This document shows positions 48,301 to 57,961 of a stretch of DNA of 64,000 bases, one piece after another. The stretch lies in assembly GCA_004431415.1 (NCBI GenBank), contig QPMI01000023.1, positions 1 to 64,000 of the forward strand, written 5' to 3'. The stretch comes from Cyanophora paradoxa CCMP329 (taxonomy: Eukaryota; Plantae; Glaucophyta). Position numbers and translations under genes: made by a program. Position 1 is the stretch's first letter. Each line of letters begins with the position of its first letter. The notes below the pieces were generated by a model that saw nothing but the letters and a program-made list of their open reading frames with translations, was not told the origin of the DNA and ran no database searches.

Positions 48301-49798
48301 CCTCCACCGAGCCGGTCGGTTGGGCGAGGACCATCTCGTGGAAGGTGCGCAAGTTTGTGAAGACATCTTGCGCGCTGCGCGACAAGGCGGGGTCGCCTGG
48401 GACGAGGGCGCGGAATCCGGCCGCCCTGTTTCTCACGGGAGAGAGGATACCGGCGGCGCGCCCGAAGCGGCCTTCGCGGTATGCGCGCAGCTGTGCATCA
48501 AGCCGCTCGCGATTGAAATGCCCATGCGAGGCGTGCGTGCTGATGGCACAATGGGTCCCCCGGAATATGTGAATGAGGATTGAGTTCAGGCAAAGGTATG
48601 CCGAGAGCCAAGGGCTAGCATTCTCGCGCGAGGCGCTCGGCTGCGAGGCGAGCCAGCGCATGACGTCGTTGGGAATGCCGGCCATAGTCGGGGCATACAG
48701 GGCGCCCTGCACTGCCGCAGCCGACAGCGAGGCAGTCGCAATGGGGCCCTCGATGCCGTACAGCATCATGCAGGCGGGTATACCGCGGTTGTGACCGGGC
48801 ACGTTCGAGAGAATCGTGGCCACGAGTGCATGGAAGGCAGAGTAAGCATCATGCCCATCCGGGTGGTAGAGGCAGCTAGCCGGCGGCACTGCTCGAGGCA
48901 CGGCGTTCGGGCCGGCCGAGTCCTTGCCGGTGGCAGCGGCAGCATCCGCGACGGCCGTCGCCGCAGTCGGCGGGAGCGTCGGGAAGAACGGGAGCGCGGC
49001 CCAGTGGGACGCGTTGGTGACAACGCTCGCGAGCTGGGGCTCGGGGTCGGCTAAGAGGCGGAGGAAAGCATTGCTCACCCTCACGCGCTCATCCTTTGCG
49101 TCGTACCAGGTCCCGGGCTCGGCTTCCGGGGCGACCTTGCCCTTTTCTTTGCGGTCGGTGACGGGCGGCGCGCTCGGGCCGGGGACGGCGTCTGCGAGCG
49201 GGGTCTGCCACTGAATGTGGGCCTCAGACCGCTTTGTGCGCCCATCGGTGTCGCTGTCGGCGTCGCCCGCAGCAACGACAGCATCAAGCGACGGGCTGGG
49301 AGGCTGCGGGGCGTCGGCGCCAGCCTCTGCATCAGCACCGGCCGCTGCATCGGTTTGCATAGGCTCCGCGGAAGGGGCCGCGGGCGTCACGGGCGCGGGC
49401 GCGCGGAGATCAGCCATAGGAGGCTCCCAAACGCCGGCATTTGCGAGCATGGCGGCGTAAGAGGGCTGCGCGAGCCAAGAGCGAGAGTCGTCATACGCCG
49501 CCAGATCCATGACGTTGGAGCAAGGCTCGCGGTCCGACTGCTCAGCCGCGGTGTTGAGCTTCGCGGACAGATAGGGCAAGCGGGCTTCGTCATAATAAAA
49601 GGCGACGTCTTCCGGCAGCTGTTGCTGCTCGGGCGGGACATAGTCCGTATACCCGGCCTCAGGCTGGTGCGGCCAGGCGCTGACCAGCCATCGCGCGTGA
49701 GAGGGCACGGGGTCGACGACATTGAGCGAGGGGCCTTTGCCCTTCGTTGCCGGGTCGCGGTTCGCGACATAGTACGGCGGGAGCGCGCGCACGTCCAT
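45203..49798 (-). CDS. gag: ORF1: very long Gag-like protein fused to aspartic protease
   Basis: Uninterrupted ORF (track 45203..49981; first ATG MDVRALPP at 49798); retropepsin FIFDTGA (DTG at 45611-45619) and DMLLG; occupies the gag position. No CCHC knuckle seen. Confidence 0.8.
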   Translation of the reverse strand: MDVRALPPYYVANRDPATKGKGPSLNVVDPVPSHARWLVSAWPHQPEAGYTDYVPPEQQQLPEDVAFYYDEARLPYLSAKLNTAAEQSDREPCSNVMDLAAYDDSRSWLAQPSYAAMLANAGVWEPPMADLRAPAPVTPAAPSAEPMQTDAAAGADAEAGADAPQPPSPSLDAVVAAGDADSDTDGRTKRSEAHIQWQTPLADAVPGPSAPPVTDRKEKGKVAPEAEPGTWYDAKDERVRVSNAFLRLLADPEPQLASVVTNASHWAALPFFPTLPPTAATAVADAAAATGKDSAGPNAVPRAVPPASCLYHPDGHDAYSAFHALVATILSNVPGHNRGIPACMMLYGIEGPIATASLSAAAVQGALYAPTMAGIPNDVMRWLASQPSASRENASPWLSAYLCLNSILIHIFRGTHCAISTHASHGHFNRERLDAQLRAYREGRFGRAAGILSPVRNRAAGFRALVPGDPALSRSAQDVFTNLRTFHEMVLAQPTGSVEATACSGPTHTAMHSPPAGETDRRLAGLPQRVYALGRENLNARKHEHAPGRIAPPEPAHPPPNTWEAVPVRERLAGILAGFVLAMVSHIMMRRPAASVAADPKTAAEIPHHVLLVPAVYDFLREVLLSPDTRSIVGTRVGQRATGSDGNPLFSVKVEAQQGHAVARADDSAELAQACWVPLGTLLWLAMPRLPQAPQPPSVPGTDVWWGGAPDKRAALLNALRQLWSSGTLQRLKLALTVSETTPSTSESADAPYLPLRFLERLLPAETSALGVSEALRETCGFTNANSYHEQYARHPPCAQQQVRDAFRDWTQEIYKTLWPLMAGSTSPVPTLRLNHLTAAPVLDTVRAADAPYPALDMAPALGPSRVAITPFHYRLPASLVRAWNGRDPLDIFARSHGAQGAGASTPSSRDRSPARSTTSPSPSLGQATPASHKRARDDSQSPARKGPVGPAHMRHRLGPVPPEIANMTDDELREQLGILGVPVLMPTDNLLNFARTKTLRRGFALAPTPHPERVAQAAPVQPAQASRQPQASRQSQAPRQAQASRPPATAPPPQPPAWQQAPPPLQPQMYGSGGYGWGQEIYAPAAQQPAAASSSSFRPAAASSSARPQQAPPPPLRQRLIAQAASSAVDGARHYRRVQNWCAMMSTELAKQPPNAQLLSTYLNSIANVAGEDLTVLGEPLSSPQWDELNAAARRHSASDPSIRPFEKHEQQLIACIGHAMALGAKGYVDGSAPGTRIQRVASDPEYTTAAALQPLELAAMQLDHDSTAFVPVHRPDGPSRKHVGGLPAARSTALHATSAAQQAHLRFPAPAPDELVGYGPDRPTDFAEPESADSDPDSSQLPAPVPIGRVIDGINGLPHDFRRLLLQCHGYVYALGPDGTLGDWVRVKFIFDTGAMGDVAERRMMPKGTRYTGTKTLRAFMHHATIEAEIAHVVLRFGDVYVSRAVHVVPDGTLGPDADMLLGIGTIMCIDGRIDTTRSGWCLHARDAHYKPHVIPFRCPAKHKGLCLSGSSALSKSNGTGENAGSAAS
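45252..45308 (-). promoter_or_regulatory. -1 programmed ribosomal frameshift signal (slippery heptamer plus pseudoknot)
   Basis: C CCU UUU (45308-45302) in ORF1 frame; 5-nt spacer; stem CCCGG-C-CAAGCA / UGCUUG-U-CCGGG; loop AGGGC can pair with downstream GCCCU; pol is in the -1 frame. Confidence 0.85.
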
Positions 49799-49835
49799 CT
49801 GGTGGCGGTGGCTCAGGCCGGTAGCAGCGGCCAGG

Positions 49836-49900
49836 TGGCTCAGGTGGTAGAGCGTCTGCTCTACGAGCCAGGAACCCGGGTTCGAATCCCGAGGACGGGA
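49836..49900 (+). ncRNA. tRNA-like element, copy 1 (antisense to the retroelement)
   Basis: A box TGGCTCAGGTGG, D-arm GCTC/GAGC, B box GGTTCGAATCC in CGGG/CCCG stem; the 5' acceptor strand differs from copy 2. Confidence 0.6.
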
Positions 49901-49996
49901 TTTCGAGACGGGGCGAGGTGGGGGGCAACAAATGGTTGCGATTCCCGGCAGTGGCGCACAAAGACGCCCAGAGACGACCAAGTCTCATATCGAACC

Positions 49997-50068
49997 ACCC
50001 TCTTGGCTCAGGTGGTAGAGCGTCTGCTCTACGAGCCAGGAACCCGGGTTCGAATCCCGAGGACGGGA
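49997..50068 (+). ncRNA. tRNA-like element, copy 2 (Val-TAC-like, imperfect cloverleaf)
   Basis: 72 nt with canonical spacing; D and T arms intact; anticodon arm TCTGC-TCTACGA-GCCAG and acceptor stem (ACCCTCT/GGACGGG, ~5/7 pairs) are imperfect. Confidence 0.65.
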
Positions 50069-50107
50069 TTTCGAGACGGGGCGAGGTGGGGGGCAACAAA
50101 ATGGTTG

Positions 50108-50127
50108 CGATTCCCGGCAGTGGCGCC
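50108..50127 (-). promoter_or_regulatory. Primer-binding site, tRNA-Asp type (second copy at 49939-49957)
   Basis: GGCGCCACTGCCGGGAATCG directly after the 5' LTR; resembles the plant tRNA-Asp PBS TGGCGCCGTTGCCGGGGATCG but lacks the initial T. Confidence 0.75.
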
Positions 50128-50484
50128 TGTCGCGTGCGGGATTAGTAGTAAGGCACGCGGGGAGGTTCCCGGTCGAGCGTGGCTCGACGGGGCTCAGTGG
50201 ATCACGAGAAACCACAGTGCAAGCCAGTAGTGTTGGTAGAACTGTGTACCCGGACAGACCCGGTACACGTACCCCTAGCTCGGAGTACTTCGGTCACTGA
50301 CTCAGGGGAATAGCTGTACCCCGGCAAATACACGTGTTCGGCCGTGGCGTACTAACGCCGACATCGGCCCTAGCGGCCCATAGGCAGCTCTGCAACTAGC
50401 AGCACGAAGGCTGCACCTAGCTACTAGTAAGTAGCTGTACAAGCTCATAGAAGCGCTAGGACAGCGCTAATCCTGAATGCGACA
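50128..50484 (-). repeat. 5' LTR
   Basis: 357 bp, same sequence as 38316-38672, followed by the TSD. Confidence 0.97.
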
Positions 50485-51065
50485 GTCTTCAATCAATTTG
50501 AATTAAACTGTGCGTGCGCAGGCGACGGCGCAGCTGGAGAACCTCCTCGACCTGCTGTACTTCGGCGCCGTCGCCAGGAACAGGCTGGACGACGCGCAGC
50601 CCGATGCGAGGGGCGCGGCGCCGCACTTCACCCTCGAGCTGCGGTTCCTCAACCGCCTCAAGGTGTAATTCAATAAAATACAATGAGGCCTAAATGAGGA
50701 AATGTACAAGCAATATTCAAACAAGCTTCAACATGCACAACGTCAAGGGCGAAGTTAATCGGTGAAGATCGCGAGCTGCTCGGGCTGGCTACGCGGGGGG
50801 GAAGAGGAGGCGGCGGAGGGCGGCGGCGAGGCCGCGGGCCGCCGCGTCCGCGTCCCCGCCCTCCACGAAGTCCAAGGCGCAGGGGCCCCCGGGGCCCTCC
50901 CCCTCGGCCCCAGCATCGCCCTGCAGCGGCCGCGCGTCTCAGATCGAGAGTAAACAGAGATAGAAGGAGATAGATAGATAAACAGAGATAAGAACCTCAA
51001 GAATATCTTAGAAGAGCTTCAAAATCTTACGTATCTGGACGATTTCGCTTAATAAACTTGGGAGA

Positions 51066-51465
51066 AGCGATTGGCGCAGAAGTGAAGCGTTTAGTATGCG
51101 ATAGGATGCCTCTTAATACATATTTGATGTTCACTATCGCGCGGATGCAGTACGCGATTTTCCTGCAGCTAGGGCCACACGAATTCGAAGAGGAACCGGC
51201 CAGTTTCGCGGCGGGTTAGCCGAGCTAGCAGTGCGCCCGGCCGGCGTCTTATTGCCCCAGCGTTCGAGTCCCGGGAAGGGCAGTTGGGGGGAGCGGGGGG
51301 GCCCGGGCGGGCCTTGAGCTGTCGAGGGCTGAAGAGGGGGCCGGGGCACGGCCCCGGAGAGCGCCGACTTTTGCATAGAGCGGCTTTCGCGCGGAAGTTA
51401 AATTATCCTCGATCTCGCCTGATCTAGAATGCACTCCAGACGTGCTCGCTTCTGCGCCAATCGCT
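51066..51465. mobile_element. MITE-like 400-bp segment
   Basis: Perfect 17-bp IR AGCGATTGGCGCAGAAG (51066-51082) / CTTCTGCGCCAATCGCT (51449-51465); non-coding interior; no TSD identified. Confidence 0.45.
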
Positions 51466-52131
51466 CACTGTGCCCCGCTAGAATTTCTTCTGGATTGGTA
51501 TGGCATACGTATACGTATACTTAATTTTCTAATCAAAATGCTTGAATTGCCGCGTAGTTGAATTGCAGATTTCGACCGAAACCGGAATCGCCGTGGCGAT
51601 AAATTGCCGAAACTCTGAATTTCTTCTATGGCGCCACACAAAAGCCGCCGTTTAACCCTACCCCCTAAGAATTGCTGCGGCTCTGAATTGCCGAATTCGG
51701 CATCTCGGCAATATTAATTTACGAACGCTTCAATTCAAAACCACGGCCGCGGCTAAATAGTCGGAGACTCGGAGATTCGGAGTACTGCAACGGCGAACGT
51801 CAACAGTGACTCAACACTGTTCAAAACGGTTCATGCAACAAATCAGAAATTGCAATTGCATGCGCAATTCAAGAATTTTCAGACAGAGTCAATGTGTACA
51901 TGTCATGCGATTTGCGCGAAGTTTTGACCTCACTGAGTCAGGGCCCATGGGCCATGGCCAGGGCCCAGGGGTGCTCGCGGCCAAGCCAAGCTAAGCCGCC
52001 CAGCCGGCCCGGACAAGCGCTTGGCCGCTGGGCCGGGTCAAGCGCTTGGCTAATCCAATCGCGATGATATCGATCGCAGTCGCCGCCGAGTCGGCGCCGA
52101 CACGCCGGCTTCGCTGCATGCATATGCGCAG

Positions 52132-52134
<3 letters not shown>

Positions 52135-52174
<40 letters not shown>
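52135..52174. repeat. Poly-C tract
   Basis: About 40 consecutive C within a palindrome-rich segment. Confidence 0.9.
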
Positions 52175-52176
<2 letters not shown>

Positions 52177-53629
52177 ATCCCCCGGCCCCCCTCTCAGGCC
52201 AGGGCTTGAGCCGGCTTGAGCCGGCTACAAGCGGGGCAAGCGCTTGACGCCCCAGCCCGGCTTGAGCTTTGGCTCAAGCGCTTGACGGCAAGCCGCAGGC
52301 CTAGCGCGAACACATGCTTTTCCTTTCAGCCTGGCAGAGTCATGCAATATGATCAATTGACATCTGCGAATGAATGAGAAATTAGCAGTCAGATCTGCTC
52401 GATTAAAGAGAATTAAGAACTTGATTTATTCTCCAATATCAATCGATGATCCGATGATCTGGTAGCCTAGTAGCCTCGGACCTCGGTACTAGAGTCGGTA
52501 GGCCAGGGCCGCGGGCCGCGGCGTCCGACGGTCGCCAGCCGGCGCCAGGCAGCTGCAGCCTGCAGGCTGCACTCATGATCATCACTGTCATCACTGGCAC
52601 TGAGTGCGCAGGCACTGCGGCAGCGCTCCGGATCCGCTGCCGCAGACTGCCGCGCGCAGTACTACTATACTAGTGCGGCCGCACTGCGGCAACAGTCGCC
52701 TGAAGCCTGCAGTCTCAGCAGCTGCAGAGTCAGTGCAGACTCAGTGCAGAGTCAGGCAGTGCAGACTCTGCAGAGGCGTGGGCCCAAGGCTGCCCCAAGC
52801 CCCAGCCCGGGACGAGGTAGAGCACCGTAGAGCCTCGGTAGAGGTAGAGCACCGGGGGATCCGGAGGCCGATCGGCTCGGCGACGACGCCCGGCGCGGGG
52901 GATCGAGGCCGATCGGCTCGGCGTCGTCCGACGGTCTGACCGTATACGTAGTAATTGTAAGACCTAAACCTATACGTATACGAACTTCTTAAAACTATCG
53001 GGCCGGGGCTGCGGTACCTGCAGCTGACAGCAGCTTTGATCGCTCCGATCCGAAGCGTGTGGGGAACGCCATCCCCTATCGCGAATTCGAAGCGGATCAT
53101 CGGATGCAGCGCTCGCCGGTCGAGGCCCACGATCGCGAGCTCGAGCAGCTGCCGACGCCCTCCGCCACAACCGTCTACTACATGGACGCGGCGGGGCTCT
53201 GGCACGAAGGCCAGATCCAGGTTCGACCTCAGTTAACGTTTTCGTTGCATCGGAATATATATATATATATATCGTAATCTCTGTAGCTAGCGCTATAGGC
53301 CTAGGCCACTCGCAGCGCGCGGCTCGCGCGCGCGATCGATATCGCCGGCCAGGCCAGCGCGCGCTTTCGTATTCCTTCTCATCGATTTCATTGTATATGT
53401 CGTGATCACGCATGCGCTCTCTCTGCAGCTCCAGGGTCCCTCGAGCTCCGGCGAGCACCGCGATCCTTCTATAGCTAGATCTCTATATCTGCAGGAATCC
53501 GCGTGCGCTCCTTGTGCACCGCGCTGGCATGGCGCTTCGAATTCTGTATTTTTGACCGGCCCCGCCGCAGGATGCATTCGGCCGACGCGGCCGGCGCTTC
53601 TGATCACGATGAACCTGCAGCTGTGCATG

Positions 53630-53800
53630 TACGTGAAGACCTGGAGAGCAGAGACGCATACGTGCGCATGGATCTGGCCATGGAGGGCAAAGATGTGAGC
53701 GCGGATCTGGAGGGGACGCACAGACACGTGGATCTGGCCCCAGTGGATCCGGAAAGCAAAGATGTGCGGGCGCATCTGGAAGGCAAAGATGTGCGCATAT
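53630..53800. repeat. Degenerate minisatellite
   Basis: Recurring GATCTGG...GGCAAAGATGTG and CTGGAG...GCAxAGAC units. Confidence 0.55.
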
Positions 53801-54349
53801 ATATGCGCTGAGCATGCGGTGCACATGCACGTGCACAGCTGCGCATGCGCGCTTGTCGATTGCTGATTATGATATCGATTGATGTCGCGGCCCGAGCAGT
53901 ATAAGAGCGCCGGCCTGCTCGGTCGCATCGGGCTGGATTACGACCCCAGCGGGACCGTCCGGGGCGTTGTCCAGTACCTGTCGCACCCGCCTGGCCCCGC
54001 GAGCTCCGCCGCGGCCGGCGGCAGCGGCGGCATCCACATCGACGACCCCGAAGTAGTCCGCGAGCACCTCGAGCACGAGTGCGGCCCGGCCCGGCCCGGC
54101 CCGCGCGCTCCTGTAAATATAGTCTTCGCGGCCCTGGCCGCGTGCTTGGCCCCGCATGCATGGATGACCCCGCTCGCGAAGGTTCCGTTTCCTCCGCCTC
54201 AACCTCAAGAGGGCGCGCCTCTTTAACACGACGTACACGAGGTACGATATCGATCGCGCGAGCTCGCGATCGAGAAGCAAATCAAAGATTGAGAGAGTTT
54301 ATATATCCTCAAGCTTTATCTTAAGATGCCAATGGCGAGCTAACGCTCA

Positions 54350-57300
54350 CTGCAGAATTAAGTTGACGCGCGAGATGATTTTCTACGTTCTTTTTCTCCT
54401 TCTGTTTGCCGCGATGGTTCCGTACCTTTGCATTCATTTTTATTGATTGTTTTACTTCTCATGTCTTATGCCCTTGTCAGGTAATATTGCTCATGCCGTT
54501 GAGCCGCGCCTACGAGCACTCTGGTCAACTCTCGGCCGCTGGTGGTGCGCTCCCGTAGCAAGCAGCCGCTGAGCTCAGGAATCGAAGTTCGGGTGTGATT
54601 TATTGTCCCTGGCAGGTCTCTTGAATCTCGTGCCGGTGCCGGTGCGATAAATTCGATTGAGGCTCTAGCCGGGATCGTTCGAAATAGATCCCTTCGCAGG
54701 GGCAAAAAGTCTCGGAAACAGATCCGTTTCCTTTCTTCATGGCTTCCAAACACCATCGAGGATGTCTATAAGTGGACAAGGGAGGTTCTGATACCTCTGC
54801 TGACCCCGGATATTCAATCGGAGATCTACGGGCGCTTCCAGCGCCCTCTGCCAATAGTCGAAATTCGCCAGGTCAATAACAACAACGCGATCAAGTTGTT
54901 GGATGTCTGCGATATCGATCAAGAATAACACTTGTTCGCGCATGCAGATTCGCGTGAGTCCAAAGAAGATAAATAAATGCAGGAAGCCACCTGTCGTTGA
55001 GAAACTATTCGAACCAACTTCTGTGTGCTTCGATGACTGTGCGTATCGATATTGCCAATCATGATCACGATGAAGATTTTACATAATTATTAAATGCTGA
55101 CTGTCTTGTTTACATGTTGGTATTGATTGCGCAATTACTTTATATACATTGAAGGGAGTGTAAGGTGTGATTCCCATTGTTTCGCTTTTGAGAATCCGGT
55201 GTGAATGGCCTGTACATATAACTCATGAGTTGAAACGTGCAGTGAGAAGGCAGAGTTTCGGGAGCCACTGGAATTCACAGCCCCACAGTACGCCGAACAT
55301 GTAGCGAAGGGCCTCAATCTCGTCTACACGTGGACAGATAAACTCAGCGTGCTCCGCGCTTCCCGCTTCTGGTCGGTCATGCAGGTATCCGCATTGCTGC
55401 GCACATGCGCGAACATTCAACTTCGTAGAATGTGATTTATCTGAATCGTGTTCGGTTGGCTACAGACGGACTACATCGACACTTACGATGACGGGGGCTA
55501 TGTTCACACTCTCGACGTCGCGATCGACCCCAGCCAGCCCATGGACTCCGAGCGGGTTCGCAGGCGCGCCCAGGAACAGGTCCAGGCTCTCCAAGACGTC
55601 AAGTGGATTGACGGTAGTTCTTTTTATAGTATGAATACGCCGAGAGGCGAACATACACGTTTCAGACACTGCCGCCGCAGACAATACGCGAGCCGTTGCG
55701 ATCAGCTTTGCGCTCTACAACAAGCATACAAACGTAATCATATGCATTCGAAACTCTGACGTATTTTGAATTGATCATGATGTCTTCGAGAACCGCTGAG
55801 AGCGTCACTTCGCGCAGATCTACACCACTGCTGAGCTTCTGATCGAAATGCCGACTTCGGGGTTTCTCATTCCGTCTCACTCAGTTCGGCCTGTCTACCT
55901 TTTCCTTGCCGAGAACTACCGTGCGCCGGCGCCTCCGTCAATGATTGATCTGGATGCGTGCTCCGGTCCAAATTGGAGCTAATGCGCCTTTCTCGCAGTT
56001 CAAAATGTATTTCTCGTTATCTACGCCTGCTGGATTATCGCCATCGGTGCTCAGAAAGTTTCAATAGTTGCCGAATTGAACTCATGATCAGGGACTTCGC
56101 CAGGTTGTGGCGAACTCTTTGAGGTGGCCCGGCAGCGTCTAGACTACTTCATGAATTTCTGGAATCTCCTCGAGACTCTTCTTTGCTGCTTGCACGCGTA
56201 CTTGGCGACCAAATTTGTTCTGAACTACAGTTACGCGTGCGCCATTGCTTTCTTTCTTTAAATTACGCACATGCGGCGCAGCTCTTAATTTATTGCGCAG
56301 CAACAATGTGTACAATGCGGTTCGAGATCGTTTCGTGACAGAATGTTAACGCCGGCGCATTCTGTTTGAGACGTCATTTTCAGATCACAGTCGCGCAACC
56401 AGTCAATTACAAAGAGGCCCTCGGGAACCTACAGAAGATTCGAAATATGCATCGAGACGTCGGAGACGTCGCGGGTGAACCATTAATATTCCTCGCGATC
56501 CGATGAAGACACGCTCTCTTACTATTGTACCGCCGTGTAAGGTGTCATGGTCGTCATATACGGGTTCAGACTTTTCAAGTACTTCCGTATTCAACCCCAG
56601 CTCTACATCCTCTGGTCAACAGTCGTACACGCCTGGAAGCCGTTCGCGCTTGCCGTTTGTACAAATAAGATTTCGAAGTTAAATGTCGGAATTGACTTCT
56701 CGTTGTGTGATCAGAATCACTGGGTTTGTATTCGTTATTCTTTTGCTGGACGCGGCCTTCGCCCTTGGGGGAATGATAGTGTTCGGTTTCCAAGTGCTCG
56801 AGTTCCGTAACTTTACCGAATCAGTGAGCGCGTCGAATCTCATCGCCTACTTGTTCACATTTTCTTCTTTCAATTCTGCAGTTCTAATTGATATGCGCGC
56901 AGTACATTAATCTCTTCCGTTTCTTGTTGGGAGATGTGAGACCCAGCTTTTTGCGGTTGTCTGTTCGAATTCGTTCGTGCAGTTTAAACTTTCGTCATGC
57001 AGTTTGATTACCCGACGTGGGCGGATACTTCTCGCGGAGCTGGAACTGTGTTCTTCATGTGTTTCATTGTTTTCATCATTTTGATCTTCACCAATGTTTT
57101 CATCGCAATCGTGAACAAGAGGTTTGAACTGCACATAGTCTGATTTAAATGTGACTTCGGCGGCCTGACGGCACTTCGATTCACAGTTACGAGGAGGTCT
57201 TTAGGTTAGCGAGTTCGAAATATTTTCCTATATCCAAAAATCTCTGCGCGTTTTAGAGCATGACGTGGCGGTTGGCGACCGTCCAGAAAAACGACGCAGA

Positions 57301-57729
57301 AAATGCAGGAGGAAGCGGACACCATCAAGGAGCACGGAACGCTGTTTCCTACGACCAACGCACTCTACGCGTCGTGAGCGGTCTTTCACATATGCCGATA
57401 AGCACTCTGTGGCGAGCTCTGCGCGCAGGATTACTCTGTCTTCGAGGCCACGGGAAGATCAGAGCTCCATCCTACAAAAAGTGACTTGGGCAGATCCCGC
57501 AGCAGCCGCGGGCCCAATGGAGCCTAAAGGGAACCGACCGGTCGACCGTACGGGGCTTCAGATGTTCTCGAAGTCCCTTCCAGATGGTGCATTCGAGCAA
57601 TCCCGATCTGATATGCTGAGGCGGCTCCGGTTTAGATCTACGTCCGACCATTCAATTTCCCCACTCCGCAGTTGTGACATCCGATGGCTTCGGGCTTTAG
57701 AAAACTATTCAAGCCCTGAAGAGCTCTAA
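54350..57729 (+). CDS. Polycystin-2 (TRPP)-like cation channel, multi-exon; 5' exons may start near 53059
   Basis: S1 REMIFYVLFLLLFAAM; polycystin (TOP) domain IVEIRQ/IRV, YDDGGY...LQDVKWID...NTRAVAISFALYN, AELLIEMPTSG; YFMNFWNLLE; S4 FRLFKYFRIQPQL; S5 AFALGGMIVFG...EFRNF; S6 FFMCFIVFIILIFTNVFIAIVN. Several apparent indels. Confidence 0.85.
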
Positions 57730-57961
57730 TGATTATTCATCTACTCAAGCCCCACCAGCAAAAGCAGCTAATGCAGCTGCAGCTAGCGCTGGTGACGTCA
57801 ATCGCCGAGGCTCTCATACTTATAACTACTTGGTCCGAGATACTTGTTTACTAGCTTTCATTGAATTCAAAGTGCCGGCTCTCAATACGCACACCTCCAG
57901 GATTGCGTTAACGTGCCTAGGCCGGCACGTGGACCCGGTGCAGTGTTTGCGAGCCCCGGTC

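Larger units (their letters stand above)
38316..50484 (-). mobile_element. Full-length Ty3/Gypsy LTR retrotransposon, 12,169 bp
   Basis: Two 357-bp LTRs; 5-bp TSD GTCTT (38311-38315, 50485-50489); PBS and PPT present; domain order PR-RT-RH-IN. Confidence 0.98.
36304..50945 (+). pseudogene. Duplicated, disrupted copy of the 60324-62320 block (3' half of the orphan gene plus the last exon of the TIR gene)
   Basis: Exon-by-exon similarity (ECFDYVDET..ARSYVPRPIDTREIRGLSL; WQWPLLFLDGEY; GGYLKAMCWDDPVEYLRKIAACG; ATAQLENLLDLLYFG). 5' truncated, ~130-bp internal deletion near 36385, exon interrupted by a solo LTR, intron interrupted by a full LTR element. Confidence 0.85.

Noticed and set aside
39747-48583. 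Long + strand ORFs (574 aa, 605 aa) as antisense genes or env
   Set aside because: Arg/Ala/Gly-rich antisense shadows of GC-rich gag/pol with no motifs; no TM-containing env-like ORF in the 3' UTR.
49997-50068. A functional tRNA-Val(TAC) gene
   Set aside because: Acceptor and anticodon stems are imperfect and there is no T-run terminator; kept only as tRNA-like.
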